The notes beneath the pieces were generated by a model that saw only the letters and a program-made list of their open reading frames with translations, was not told the DNA's origin and made no database searches. The translations under genes and the position numbers were made by a program. A stretch of 63,685 nucleotides of DNA, filler included, from Octopus bimaculoides (lineage: Eukaryota): assembly GCF_001194135.2 (NCBI RefSeq). It is 6 parts of 6 records of this genome, joined end to end, with 100 filler letters (N's around TTAATTAATTAA, not from the genome) between each part and the next. Parts side by side here need not be neighbours in the genome. Positions count along the whole stretch, not along the records: positions 35,786 to 58,678 come from NC_068983.1; positions 58,779 to 62,317 come from NC_068981.1; 4 more parts are not named here. The stretch is one strand, 5' to 3'. Each line of letters begins with the position of its first letter. Within the stretch, counting starts at the first letter, position 1. Below are positions 49,181 through 62,373 of this stretch, piece by piece.

Positions 49181-49320
49181 TATTATTCGCTACAATTTGT
49201 TCGACACAAAGTAGTGCTCCAAAAATACAAGTACTTCATTATGCAACTGTTTGTTTGCATAATCAAGTACATGTATTCTTGGAGAACTACGTTGCATCGA
49301 AACAATTGTAGCGAATAATA
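49181..49320. repeat. 140-bp palindromic hairpin (66-bp arms, 57/66 complementary, 8-nt loop)
   Basis: Ungapped alignment of 49181-49246 with the reverse complement of 49255-49320. Confidence 0.92.
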
Positions 49321-51085
49321 GATAAAAGTTCAACTATACTCCTTGCCGACTCCAATTTCTTCAATGATATAGGAATATGTATATAACTAGTATAAATGTA
49401 GATAAAATAAATCCGTGAATATATAAATATATAAACAATAATGGACAAGAAAGAATGAAAGTCATATACTAGACTGTCAAATAGTACATTAGTGGTTTGA
49501 ACACAAAAGTTGCAAAGCATTAATTACATGAAGAATACTTATAAACGATAAATTGCTACGTGTTAACTGATGGAAAAAAAGCAGGTGGCTTAACATTTAG
49601 CATATATAAATATCCAAGATTATGTTAAAGCATGACTTCTTCTAGCTTTAAATAATATTCACATGATGCAGGAATAAGACGATTTTACTTAATGCATAAT
49701 TTTAAATAAACACTTAGAGGTAAGAGATTAAATGTAAGGATTCAAAGCACTTTAGATAACAGGTTTGAATTTTAAACAGTTGTTTCTAATGGAGAGCTAG
49801 TATTTACCCTAAGTTCACTAGATTTGTTAAAGGCATAACCTAAACATTTTAGTATTTCCAGTATCTCAGTGCAGCAATGTCTACACACTTTCCTATCATT
49901 TGTACCTAACCATTTGCTGTGTCCTATTAGTTGTTGTGCCTTGATTCTTATAAATCTTCATACCAAAATTAAATACGAGTGTGCGTATGTGTGTATGAGT
50001 ATGTGTGTGTGTATATCCTCTATGTGTGTGTGTGTGTGTGTGTGAGTGAGTTTATGCGTATATATCATCTATGTGTGCATGTGTGTTCATATGTCCTCTG
50101 TGTGTATGCATATGTGTGTGTGTGTACAGCACCAATGCACGTTCCTCCGTGTGTTTTATGTGTACGTGCGTGCGTGTATTTATGCAGTACACCAGTCCTG
50201 ACTGAGTACGCTATGTCTGTTTCTTCTAAATAAGAGCTTAAAAATATTTTGTAAAACCATATATAATATCCTAGAGCAAAGAATATTTATAGATTTGTCT
50301 GAATTAAATTATTGAAACGGGCATTAGACTCAAAAACATCTGCGTAATTTTGAATTAATTATACAAAAATAAATAGTACGTTTTAAATGTAAATGCTTGC
50401 TTGAAAAAAAAATTCAATCATGATTTGATAGAAGATATATGGATAGAACTGTAAAAATGCTATTAACTGAAGAATACTTAAGCATATACATCTGCATGAA
50501 TGCATGTATACACATATACACATACACACTCATATATAGATATATGCATGTGTAAATATATATATATATATATATCAGTGTACACATTGATATATATGCA
50601 TACTTAAGCACTGCATATATACATATGAGGATTTGTGTGTAGCTTTATCGATATATACTTGTGTATAACTTTGTGCATCGTTGTGCATGGAAAACTATGT
50701 GCATTTTGTATAAAACAAGAAGTTAATAGCGGTTCGCAGAGTAATAGACCTTTCCGTTAAACGATCCTTCAATAATACCATAAACAATCTGTTTAATTAC
50801 GCAACATGCGTTGGTGTGCACAATTTTATTGTGTATAGGAGCCAGATTCATTTATGTACATAATTTACTTCGGTGGCATTTGCCATATTCAAAGCTATTT
50901 TAACGTTTTTCTACGAAACCGTAAAGTGCCGACAGTCATTTTTAGAAAGCAATTAATTTTCGAGTATTTCGAGCATCTTAAAATTCCCGGACAATTAAAA
51001 CATCTAGCTAACTTTCATACTTCAGATTTGTAAATTACGCCTCTAATGGTTTTATATGAGTGGTACTATCTGGAAGAACACACAC

Positions 51086-51118
<33 letters not shown>

Positions 51119-51580
51119 NNNNNNNNNNNNNNNNNNNNNNNNNNNNNNNNNNNNNNNNNNNNNNNNNNNNNNNNNNNNNNNNNNNNNNNNNNNNNNNNNN
51201 NNNNNNNNNNNNNNNNNNNNNNNNNNNNNNNNNNNNNNNNNNNNNNNNNNNNNNNNNNNNNNNNNNNNNNNNNNNNNNNNNNNNNNNNNNNNNNNNNNNN
51301 NNNNNNNNNNNNNNNNNNNNNNNNNNNNNNNNNNNNNNNNNNNNNNNNNNNNNNNNNNNNNNNNNNNNNNNNNNNNNNNNNNNNNNNNNNNNNNNNNNNN
51401 NNNNNNNNNNNNNNNNNNNNNNNNNNNNNNNNNNNNNNNNNNNNNNNNNNNNNNNNNNNNNNNNNTATATATATATATATATATATATGTATATGTATAT
51501 GTATAAATATGATTATATGCTTCCGGATAGTATCACTCATATAAAAGCATTAAAGGAGAAATATACACACGCACACACAC

Positions 51581-51620
<40 letters not shown>

Positions 51621-51653
51621 GTGTGTATGATACATATATGTATATGTATGTAT

Positions 51654-51695
<42 letters not shown>

Positions 51696-51707
51696 NNNNN
51701 NNNNNAT

Positions 51708-51752
<45 letters not shown>

Positions 51753-52099
51753 GATGGAGGGAAAGAGAATGACAGGGTGTCTACAAACACAGTCCCTGAT
51801 TCCATGACCTTCTGATTTCTAAACTAATTCGAATATATCGATAAATATGTAGCCCACAGATTCCCTAACCAAAATATTTTCTTGTATTTCCAGGTGACGT
51901 AACATCTTTGTCGTGAGCACAATGAAATCCAAGTTGGCCTCCACTCCCAGCCACACAGTTTATCGGTTTAACGGCTTCACATGAATTTACACGCATGCAC
52001 ACACACACACACACAGATACACATACATACACACACATACACACACACACTCACTCACACAGAAACAGAAACACATATATATATATACATGTAGACTCA

Positions 52100-52278
52100 T
52101 AGGGTCGGTTTTCCGCTTTTCATGGCGTATACAATCCCCACCTGGGCGGAACGCCGATCCTCTGCAGAGTTACTCATTTTTGCAAGCCGAGTGGCCTGGA
52201 GCAATGTGAAAGTGTTTTGCTCAACAGCACCATACATCATCCGGTCTAGCAATCGAAACCCTAACCACTAAGCCATGC
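52100..52278 (-). mobile_element. tRNA-headed SINE with CORE/Meta-like central domain, internally deleted
   Basis: Reverse complement GCATGGCTTAGTGGTTAGGG.TTTCGATTGC..ACCGG...TTGAGCAAAACACTTTCACATTGCTCCAGGCCACTCGGCTTGCAAAAATGAGTAAC. Confidence 0.65.
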
Positions 52279-52314
52279 ATGTACATGTGTATAAATGTAA
52301 GCATTCGTAGCAGT

Positions 52315-52500
52315 TCTCGTCTCACTTGCGTATAAGAGCGTTGGTTGGGCGGTGCTATTGAAGAGCCTGGCACGTATGACATTGTCTAGTTTTGTTTTGA
52401 GTTCATTCTTCATTGCGTTAAATACCTTCCACACTGCCCTTGTCTCCTTGAGAATTTAGCATGCATATCTCGGCGCGTCTACACTGTTTGCCCCGCGTAA
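52315..52500 (-). mobile_element. RTE-1-like LINE C-terminal fragment
   Basis: AVWKVFNAMKNELKTKLDNVIRARLFNSTAQPTLLYASET (RA.LF.ST..P.L.Y..ET motif). Confidence 0.65.
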
Positions 52501-54046
52501 ACAGGTTTCTTTTGTTTTATTTCTTTACTTCCTCGATTTCAGCGCTTCCAAGCTCTATTTGTTTTCATGCCGTTCAATCGCTATCTGATGGAGGTTAGAC
52601 TACCTTCACTGTGAAGAGAGTCAAATACTATCATGCTTCATAAGATTGATAAAGACAATTAAAAAAAAAACTATCGCTTTTTAAAGCTGTTGTCTCACCT
52701 GTATAATCTGTTTACAATGACCATAGTCACCAGATTATCAAAACACCCCGCAGACCGACAACCAAGAGAAAATCATGCATAAATTAGTGTACAAATATTT
52801 TTGACTGTTAATGTCGGTGTGCCTATATATGCAAATGTATATGTATCTAATTTGTATATTACAGAATTATCTGGTATATGAATAGATATATTAAGCTTTA
52901 ATTTTAAGTGTGCGTTAGATTGTAATAGTAAATTCTGTGAACGAATGTGATCATGGCCTAAATTTGAATAACTGTTGAGAGTTGAAGAATATAATTCATA
53001 CATCGGTGATACCACGATTTGAAGCACTCATGCATGCATATTTTGCTGATCCTTGTCCATGGCTAAAAAGAAAACCTCTTGTACTCCTCAGTCAACCTAT
53101 TTCTGAAGTCTTTCTTTCGACATTTATTTCTGTAAGTTTTGCAATATTTTGCATATATAAGTATATTTTGTTTAACTTCTTGTTATGTAACTTAAATTTC
53201 GGTTTGTAAATTCTTTTTAAGGTAAAATGATTTGTCGTAATGCATTGGGTGTGTTGACAGGTGATTTCTCTAAATAAATTTGGTGCGTTCACAGGTGAAA
53301 GTTAAATCATATACCTTACTATCCATCTAGTATTCTATTACACCTGCACATAGATACTAGCACACACATAATCATACGCACATTCACGAACACATAATCA
53401 TACACATTCACATACACACAATAAGCATGAAAGCAATAAATTTCGACGAATTATACAAAGGTTCTGTAGCAATAATAGAGATAATATAGAGAAAAATATT
53501 GTTATTTTTGGTGTAATTCTTTTGTATTGATACATTTATAATGTATTAAGCTTTTATTAATAATTTCTGTTCTTAACGATAAAAATAGAAATTTCGTCGG
53601 CTACAGGGTGACTGGAAATGTCTGTTATGCAAAATGTGTTGCATGAAATGATCTGTAGGCAACTGTCTCTTCGCAATTGAAAGTTGTATACATACAAACA
53701 AACACACACACATATTTGCTATAGGGATACATTTGTGATAATACATGTTTCAAACAAATAATGTGATATATGAGTCTGATGTGCTGTCATTCAAAAGTGA
53801 CAATATGATGATACAGCTCAAGTCTGGAGTTACATATATTATATAACATAACAATATTCAGTTGATCGAAAGCTCATTAAACAGTTTTGATATATATAAT
53901 AAAGCAAATTGCACGCCGCTCTCTCCTTGTGAGTAGTTATGTATCCATGTATGTATGTATGCATGTATGTGTTTATGTATGTATGTATATATGTATCAAT
54001 CTATCTATCAATCTATTTATCTATCTATCTGAATATAAGCATACTC

Positions 54047-54120
<74 letters not shown>

Positions 54121-57100
54121 CACATGTGTGTGTGTGTACGCACGATTTTGTGTGTATGTGCGTGTATGTATATGCATACACATTCGTATTTTGTGTTTTA
54201 ATTACGTATCAGCGTTTGACAAACAGTGTTGGTCTCTTTACGGCTTTGCCTTTAGTATACCGGCAAACCGACAAAACAGATAAAATAGAATAAACAGCCA
54301 TTTTAAAATTAATTAGTGGGAACAATTTCAGTGACAAGTCCGTTCGAGACCATATAGTAACAATCTTGAGATGGAAAAACAAAGACAACCTCTTACTAAT
54401 TTAACAAAGGAATTGCCTAATTTATTGCCTGATGAATCAGTTAGTTTACCATAGTCCTTTCGTTCTCATTAGCCACTTCGTGAGAAACATATCATCGTTA
54501 ATACAAATTCGTCTAAGAGGGGTTTTAAATATAAAAAGGAGGTTCATCTGTGCTCCAGAATGGACGCAGTATGAGACGTGCTGTGTTGAAAGAATAAGGA
54601 AACCTTACTTAATGTACTTTTAAACGTACTGGTTGAGAATTAGACAGTGTAGCTGTCTCAAAATCCTTTAACCGCACATCCGGTCAATGAAACTTGATGT
54701 CGTAGTAAACAAGTACAGTAACGACAATAGCAACTTTCATCACAATCTCATAGATGTCTCCTTTGCTCGCAAAATCCCGAAGGATGCATGTGATAACTGT
54801 GAAATTGATATACTAGCAGGGATATTGGATTTACTTCTACAGTACAGGGTAAAGTAGACTGATTGTATTTATCAATGTCGATTTTATATTCACACTCGTC
54901 ACTAGATGTAATTTGAAATTCTAAGGTATTTCTCATTCAACAAATTCGCTAGTTTTTCATACTAATCATTGACAAGTTGGTAAGTTGTCAACACCAGGTG
55001 TAATACACTAATGCTTTATAACAGTTGTTAGGTATTATAAAAACTAAACAGAAGGGAAAATGCAAAATATAACAAATCAACCGCGGTTATGGATTAAAAC
55101 GTACCTTTGGAAACAAAAGAATATTGCTACTCAACTCTTTCAACGAAAGTTATGTTTAATTTACTAAGTGTTTACTAACATTCTCACGTATTATTATTTT
55201 CAATAAGTCTGTGATAAATGCAATTATTACGATTTCCTCTCAATTTTCTTTCTATTTTATTTTTAACGCATCTTATAGTTTGTTAAATCTCATCAGCGCT
55301 AGTAACTATACTCTGTATTTAATCACACAGTTCCATTCACATAACTTCGTGAATAAAGATTGAGTAATAAAGTCGGAATTATTATTGATTCCACTACATA
55401 ATCTATATATGTATATATATATATACTTCTTACATTGCATCCTATTTTCATTCAACATAAACTCTATTCCTCTATATCAACTTCTTTTGAATTCGCATAC
55501 ATCCCATATAAACTGCACAATCCAGTCCTCTTGATTCTACTTTTCAATCTCTATTAGATTACATCTGTAGCAAATTCAATAAGCAGTGAGATGAGATAAA
55601 ATAGTTGCTTATCTTCTGTAATATCAATTACATATCCGTCTTTCAAATAGCCAACTGCTCTAACTCGAAAATAGCGAAAATAGCAAAAACACAAAAAGAA
55701 ACACGTAAAACATTAAATAGTAAGTAAATATGAATGGAATGTAAAAGAAAAAAAAAAGGTGTTGCCGTTGTGCTAAAATATTCTTCGGCAAATAAGTATA
55801 TATATAAATATGTATATATATATATATATATATACATGAGCATATATGTGTATTTATATATGCGTATGTATATAAATGTATGTATTCATATACATGTGTG
55901 CGTATAAGCAGCGGCAACAATACACGTAAAGTACGTGTTCATTTGTCTTATTTACGTTAGGAAAGTTAGCGATTCGTTCCACAGTTATAATAAAAATAAA
56001 ACAATCAAATCCTATACAAAATACATTGAAGTGTTGCATTATTGGACAGCCTATTTGCAGCCAATTTCAATGAAAATGAAATAAAGTTCTTTCGAAGAGA
56101 GAAATAAAATAAAATAAAACATACAAAATGCAATGAAAAGATAATCGATTATCAATATTACATTTGGAACCAAGAAAAAATATATAAAACAAAAAACAAT
56201 TATATTATTAGAAGTCTCTTTAATACTTTTCGTTTTGTAAATAAGATAAAGAAGGGAAAAAATAAAGATATTCACGTAGAAGAATGTGTAAAATGTACGA
56301 AGTGATTACTCTATTTCTTCCGTAGCATATTGGATAATTGAAGATGGTGATGTTGCGAAAAATGGCAAGGTTAATAACATTGCTGCCAATGCGATAGAAT
56401 AAAATAGTTTCAGAAAACAGTATGAGCAATTAAAATAATGTCTTCAGGGGTTAAAATTGGTTCAATTAATATTTGTAGGATATCATATAATGCGTACGGA
56501 TATTTGCTTATGCTTTCTAAAATGTAGTGGAGAGTTATGAGAAATATTAGGTGCAATGGGCTAAGAAAATGTATTTGGACAGCAGGAAATGGATTTCAAG
56601 TAGATCTAAGCTAGCTTTCAGCTAAAACCAAATATATGTAAAACCTCTTTTGCAAATGATTACTGACGGACAAATACACTTATACAATCATACATAGAAA
56701 CACACACGCACACAATGAATAGAAGAAATGGCAAAATATAATGCAGAGAACGTTATATATACATGTCTTCGCATATAAATTGATATCATATTGATAGACT
56801 TATATAAACGTATAGTATAGAATCGTTTTCGCTTTAAGGCATATCTTAATTGAAAATACGATTATGTTTTCTTATATATTACTTATTTTCATCTTTCAGG
56901 TTTTCTCATAAGATGTATTGTTAATGTTGTTGAGATATTAGTTTCCTGAGACCATATATTTATCGATTACAAATCAACTACATTTCGGCAATTTGCTAGC
57001 ATTGAAATAATATCTGGAAGTTTACGTATATTATATTAGGCTTATGTGACTGTATTGCTTAAATCGCTTACTCTAACCCTCTAGTTCTTTCCTACTTTCT

Positions 57101-57242
57101 TCCTGAGATTCAGTATCTCAGTGTCTAAGCATATAATTAAATCATATGTACATACATACACATAAGCATACATACACAAACACACACACACAAATGTATG
57201 TGTGTGTATGCATGTACATATGTATATATATATATATATATG

Positions 57243-57284
<42 letters not shown>

Positions 57285-58637
57285 GTGCATGTATCTCAGT
57301 GTGTAACAAGTGTGCACTGCTAGATTATGCTTATAAATATACGCAAATGCGCACGAGTATACATGTGTTTAAGTATTAGCATGTATGTGTATATGTATAT
57401 ATATATACATGCATACATATACACACACATATATAACATATTAGTATAGGTGATGGGAAATTCAATGCCACACACTAATTAGCGGTTTCACCCTGGCAGC
57501 AATCCACGGACCTCGGCATACTTATTAGATGATAGCATTTATTTGATTCAAAAGTGTGGGTACATGTAAGCTATGGTACGTTAGATATTGTAGAGCATGT
57601 TTCTCAATTTATCACTAGTTATTGAATATACGTATATTTTAATCAATATATGTGAGTGTGTGCCTGTTTGTATGTCAGTATATGTGTATGTGTACATGTG
57701 TGCGTGAGTGTCTGCATTTGTGTGTGCACGTGTGTGTGCCTGTGTATGTTTGTGTTTGCGTGTGTTCATTTGATCTGGCGTGTGGAAGTAGTACTTAGGT
57801 AGAATGAACGGCAGTTTTGTTATTGAAATAACACAGGCATACGCATATGAATTCTTATATACATACGCACATATATTAACAGCACAGTAACTCTCTCCCG
57901 CTATCTTCTCACCCCCAGTCTCTCTATGTATGCTTATATATANNNNNNNNNNNNNNNNNNNNNNNNNNNNNNNNNNNNNNNNNNNNNNNNNNNNNNNNNN
58001 NNNNNNNNNNNNNNNNNNNNNNNNNNNNNNNNNNNNNNNNNNNNNNNNNNNNNNNNNNNNNNNNNNNNNNNNNNNNNNNNNNNNNNNNNNNNNNNNNNNN
58101 NNNNNNNNNNNNNNNNNNNNNNNATATATATATCATAGATGTTTGAAGAAGGTAAATGTCAGCTTGCGTTGATTTGTGTGAGTGAATATAGTTCAATGTT
58201 AATTGAGCTGCCTTTGAACTTTGTTAGTAAAAGATGTGGTATTCATTGATGCACAACAACTCTTTTTTTATATACAAAAGTGAGATTTTAATTTGTTTTT
58301 TTTTTGAGGGCAAAGAGCAGTTTTTGAATTAAACGTTTTTAAGCAGAAAAATTTGATTATGGTAACTGAATATCAGAGATAGTAGAGAATAACGTATAGC
58401 TATATAACTTGCAGATGTAGGAGTTAAGTACATTAAAGGCTGAGGTGTTAATATACAATGCAACTGCACGCATCTACACACAGTTACTCTCGCAACGTGC
58501 ATCTCACTCACTGCGACTGTGCACGCAGATACACAGGTTAATGTTCATCTATGGGTTTATTATTGTATATGAATACTGAGAATAAACGCAGAATCTTTAA
58601 TGCAGAGAGTATCAAATGTAATATGTGTCTATATACT

Positions 58638-58678
<41 letters not shown>

Positions 58679-58722
58679 NNNNNNNNNNNNNNNNNNNNNN
58701 NNNNNNNNNNNNNNNNNNNNNN

Positions 58723-58734
58723 TTAATTAATTAA
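58723..58734. other. Artificial scaffold-joining spacer TTAATTAATTAA
   Basis: 44N+12+44N. Confidence 0.95.
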
Positions 58735-59057
58735 NNNNNNNNNNNNNNNNNNNNNNNNNNNNNNNNNNNNNNNNNNNNCCAGCACCAGCACCAGCACCAG
58801 CACCAGCACCAGCACCACCACCGCAACCACATCATCATCACCATTACCAATACCACCGCCAACATAGCGACCACCACGTCGATCGCCAGCTTCTCGAACC
58901 GTGCCACGTGTTAATGAAGCATTCGCTAGAAACAGCAGCCAAAATACCAGCACCAATCACACCAAAACGGAAAACACATTACGCAATAATCTCTTCGGTG
59001 TATCGATACAATAAGACAGGATGGTCACCGCTGGACTGGCTTTGAGTGGAGGTCTTC

Positions 59058-59232
59058 TTGACAACACATGTCGATGAGTTTATGTCCCCGTAACTTAGCG
59101 GTTCGGCAAAAGTAAGCAATAGAATAAGTACTAGACTTACATAGAATGTCCTGGGGTCGATTTGTTCGACTAAAGGCAGTGCTCCAGCATAGCCGCAGTC
59201 AAATGACTGAAACAAGTAAAAGAGTAAAAGAA
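59058..59232 (+). mobile_element. SINE family A 3' module
   Basis: TTTATGTCCCCGTAACTTAGCGGTTCGGCAAAAG...TCCTGGGGTCGATTTGTTCGACTAAAGGCAGTGCTCCAGCATAGCCGCAGTCAAATGACTGAAACAAGTAAAAGAG. Confidence 0.9.
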
Positions 59233-59254
59233 TATGTGTATTTGTATATACATG

Positions 59255-59292
<38 letters not shown>

Positions 59293-59448
59293 CACAGGCT
59301 TCCTTCAGTTTCCGTCTACCAAATCCACTCACAAAGCTTTGGTCAGCCCGAGGCTATAGTAGAAGGCACTTGCCCAAGGTGTCACGCAGTGGGACTGAAC
59401 TCGGAACCATGTGGTTGGGAAGCAAGCCTTTTACCGCACAGCTACCCC
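59293..59448 (-). mobile_element. SINE family A head
   Basis: Reverse complement has GTAGCTGTGCGGTAAAAGGCTTGCTTCCCAACCACATGGTTCCGAGTTCAGTCCCACTGCG. Confidence 0.9.
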
Positions 59449-60345
59449 GCTATGTATATGTAATATATATATAGTGGTGTATATGTGTGTGTTCGTGTGT
59501 CTACCTGTGTATGTTTGTCTGTGTTGTAGTTTGCTTTAACCATTGCGGAATATATATAGAAAACCAGTATCAGGAAAGGCGAAAGCAATGCAGGTCTAAC
59601 ATTAAATATAAAAAGTGACAACTGCAAAAACGCTGAAATATTGCCTTAGAAACTTTTATTTATTTAGTCTTGACATTTCGGTTAAAAAACCCTTTTACAA
59701 AGACGTTGAGAAAACAAAAAAAGGGAAGAAACAAATTATTTGTTATTCGAGACGTCAGTCTAATGGACACACAGTTTATTTCCCTTTCCTGGTCCTTAAC
59801 ATAATCGTTAAAAGGTTTTCTTTTTTTTTTTTTTTACTCCAAATATCAGAATTAACAAAATATTTCTACAGAAACATTTATATATTTTTATTACTTTTGT
59901 TATCTGCAATGCTGTAACTTTCAATGGCACAAATTTCTACGCAAGCACTCACATACGCACAAATTACTCGACACAGATAATATCCATACACGAATACTAC
60001 CATTCTTCTGTAAGTAGCTTAAACTTGAAAACTTCTGGATTTAAGTTTAATATATTTTGTAGGATATACAGTTCTCAAGTAAATAGGTGGTATGAATAAA
60101 GTACGTTTTGTAAAGAGGAAGGTGAGAATATATAAAATAGAAAGAAAACATTTTACTCTAAGTATCACGAATATTATTTCGAAATTTCGAAGTGTAGCAG
60201 AAACATCATAGGACAATTGCATGGTAGTCTATTATTGATGTTTGTAGACATATAACATCCTCTATGTTAGTATCATATCAAAGAGCTTGGTGGTATTTCT
60301 CTGAAAAATTGAGTAAGGAGAAAATGAGATTATTCAATTCATATA

Positions 60346-60618
60346 CGTAGTTTGATCAATAAGTATCCGGATTGTTGCCATAGTAACGAAACGAAAGTAC
60401 GCAGGGTGAAGCCGCTTGGCACAGATTGACCTTGAACTCTGTTGTGCATGCGCACTCTTTTAACGCTCTAGCTTACTTGAGCTATTTACAGCAGTGCTTG
60501 GAAGGAAGGTGTGTAGCGTGTGATCGTCGCAATGACAGAAAGTTGAGCAGAGAACCTGCATCAAATTTTGCCATAAGCTTGGAGATACCTGCTCAGAGGC
60601 CTACGCAAAGTTTTCAAA
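60346..60618 (+). mobile_element. Mariner transposon 5' end (TIR plus start of transposase)
   Basis: TA at 60344-60345, then CGTAGTTTGATCAATAAGTATCCGGA; ATG at 60532, then (frameshifted) KVEQRTCIKFCHKLGDTCSEAYAKF. Confidence 0.75.
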
Positions 60619-61120
60619 ATCCTTTCATGGTTCTCGACACAATCAAGGAGATTTTGTGCAACTGAAACCCAAGTGTTCTGGTCAGATGAAAGCAGTTTTG
60701 GCACAACTTGGCAGTCACGTGTCTCATACCCAAATCTTCTGTGATAATGGACTGAATTGAACCATAACTAATCTGCACATCCTCTGATAACTCATGGATG
60801 GGGATTCGACGATTTAACCTCACAGCTGCACGCACATCCCCGATGCTTTTCTCAGTTCTGCTGGCTGCGGGTCTCCCAGAACGTTCGTCAATATCCACAT
60901 TTTTTCAACTATCTTGGAAACCTCTGAACCACTCGTACGTTTGTGTGCGGCGCATACACTCCTCGATACACTTTTTGAAACTTTGCATACGCCTCTATGA
61001 TCAATGCGATGATCACACGTTACACACTTTCCTTCCAAGTGCTACTGTAAAGAACGGAAGTGAGCTAGATAGTTAACTTAGTGAAAATGCACAGCAAAGT
61101 TTTAGGTCAATTTTTGCCGA
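60610..61120 (-). mobile_element. Mariner transposase N-terminal half, decayed, inverted relative to the adjacent copy
   Basis: DERSGRPAASRTEKSIGDVRAAVRLNRRIPIHELSEDVQISYGSIQSIITEDLGMRHVTAK(L)VPKLL..DQ; the 5' UTR is homologous to 60415-60535. Confidence 0.85.
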
Positions 61121-61319
61121 GAAACGAGTTGCGACGACACAAGTGCCAAACTGTATCGGCTTTTGCCTTTCTCTTGGATAACATCGGTGGCGTGGAGAGG
61201 GGAGGCTGATATGCATAGGCGACTGCTGGTCTTCCATAAACAACCTTGCCCGGACTTGTGCCTGGGAGGGTAACTTTCTAGGTGCAATCCTATGGTCAGT
61301 CATAACCGAAGGGGGTCTC
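61121..61319. mobile_element. Unclassified interspersed repeat interrupting the mariner
   Basis: GC-richer block (GGTGGCGTGGAGAGGGGAGGCTG...CTTCCATAAACAACCTTGCCCGGACTTGTGCC...GAAGGGGGTC) that abruptly replaces mariner homology; resembles an abundant octopus repeat (recollection). Confidence 0.5.
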
Positions 61320-61832
61320 AGCATATATATATATATATATANNNNNNNNNNNNNNNNNNNNNNNNNNNNNNNNNNNNNNNNNNNNNNNNNNNNNNNNNNN
61401 NNNNNNNNNNNNNNNNNNNNNNNNNNNNNNNNNNNNNNNNNNNNNNNNNNNNNNNNNNNNNNNNNNNNNNNNNNNNNNNNNNNNNNNNNNNNNNNNNNNN
61501 NNNNNNNNNNNNNNNNNNNNNNNNNNNNNNNNNNNNNNNNNNNNNNNNNNNNNNNNNNNNNNNNNNNNNNNNNNNNNNNNNNNNNNNNNNNNNNNNNNNN
61601 NNNNNNNNNNNNNNNNNNNNNNNNNNNNNNNNNNNNNNNNNNNNNNNNNNNNNNNNNNNNNNNNNNNNNNNNNNNNNNNNNNNNNNNNNNNNNNNNNNNN
61701 NNNNNNNNNNNNNNNNNNNNNNNNNNNNNNNNNNNNNNNNNNNNNNNNNNNNNNNNNNNNNNNNNNNNNNNNNNNNNNNNNNNNNNNNNNNNNNNNNNNN
61801 NNNNNNNNNNNNNNNNNNNNNNNNNNNNNNNN

Positions 61833-61863
<31 letters not shown>

Positions 61864-61919
61864 CATACATTCATACGCTCATACACACATCCATGCATAC
61901 ACTTATGCACACCCACAAA

Positions 61920-61955
<36 letters not shown>

Positions 61956-62088
61956 TATATAAATATGTATTATCTTTTTTGCTTAGGCATAGCGATATTA
62001 ATAACCAGTAGCGAGAACTCAATAAACGCTTGTTTGCTTTAGAGTAAAGTGTTAGGCCAGTACAGAGCATAATATTATACGTATATGC

Positions 62089-62120
<32 letters not shown>

Positions 62121-62361
62121 GTACACGCACGCGCGCACACATACACACATGCCCGAAGTGGTTGAGCCAAATCTACTGATTATTGGCCACAACATTGAAT
62201 AGATAACATTCAGTAAAAAAAAAAAAACATACTAAACTGACAAAGAAATTATATAATGAAATTCATTTGGTTTGTCTGATAAAATGTATTGAATGTTATA
62301 TATATATATATATATATNNNNNNNNNNNNNNNNNNNNNNNNNNNNNNNNNNNNNNNNNNNN

Positions 62362-62373
62362 TTAATTAATTAA
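62362..62373. other. Artificial scaffold-joining spacer TTAATTAATTAA
   Basis: 44N+12+44N. Confidence 0.95.

Noticed and set aside
58779-59043. Open plus frame PAPAPA...HHHHH...WSPLDWL*
   Set aside because: Openness is largely due to (CCAGCA)n/(CAT)n low complexity; no start, splice support or recognisable domain.
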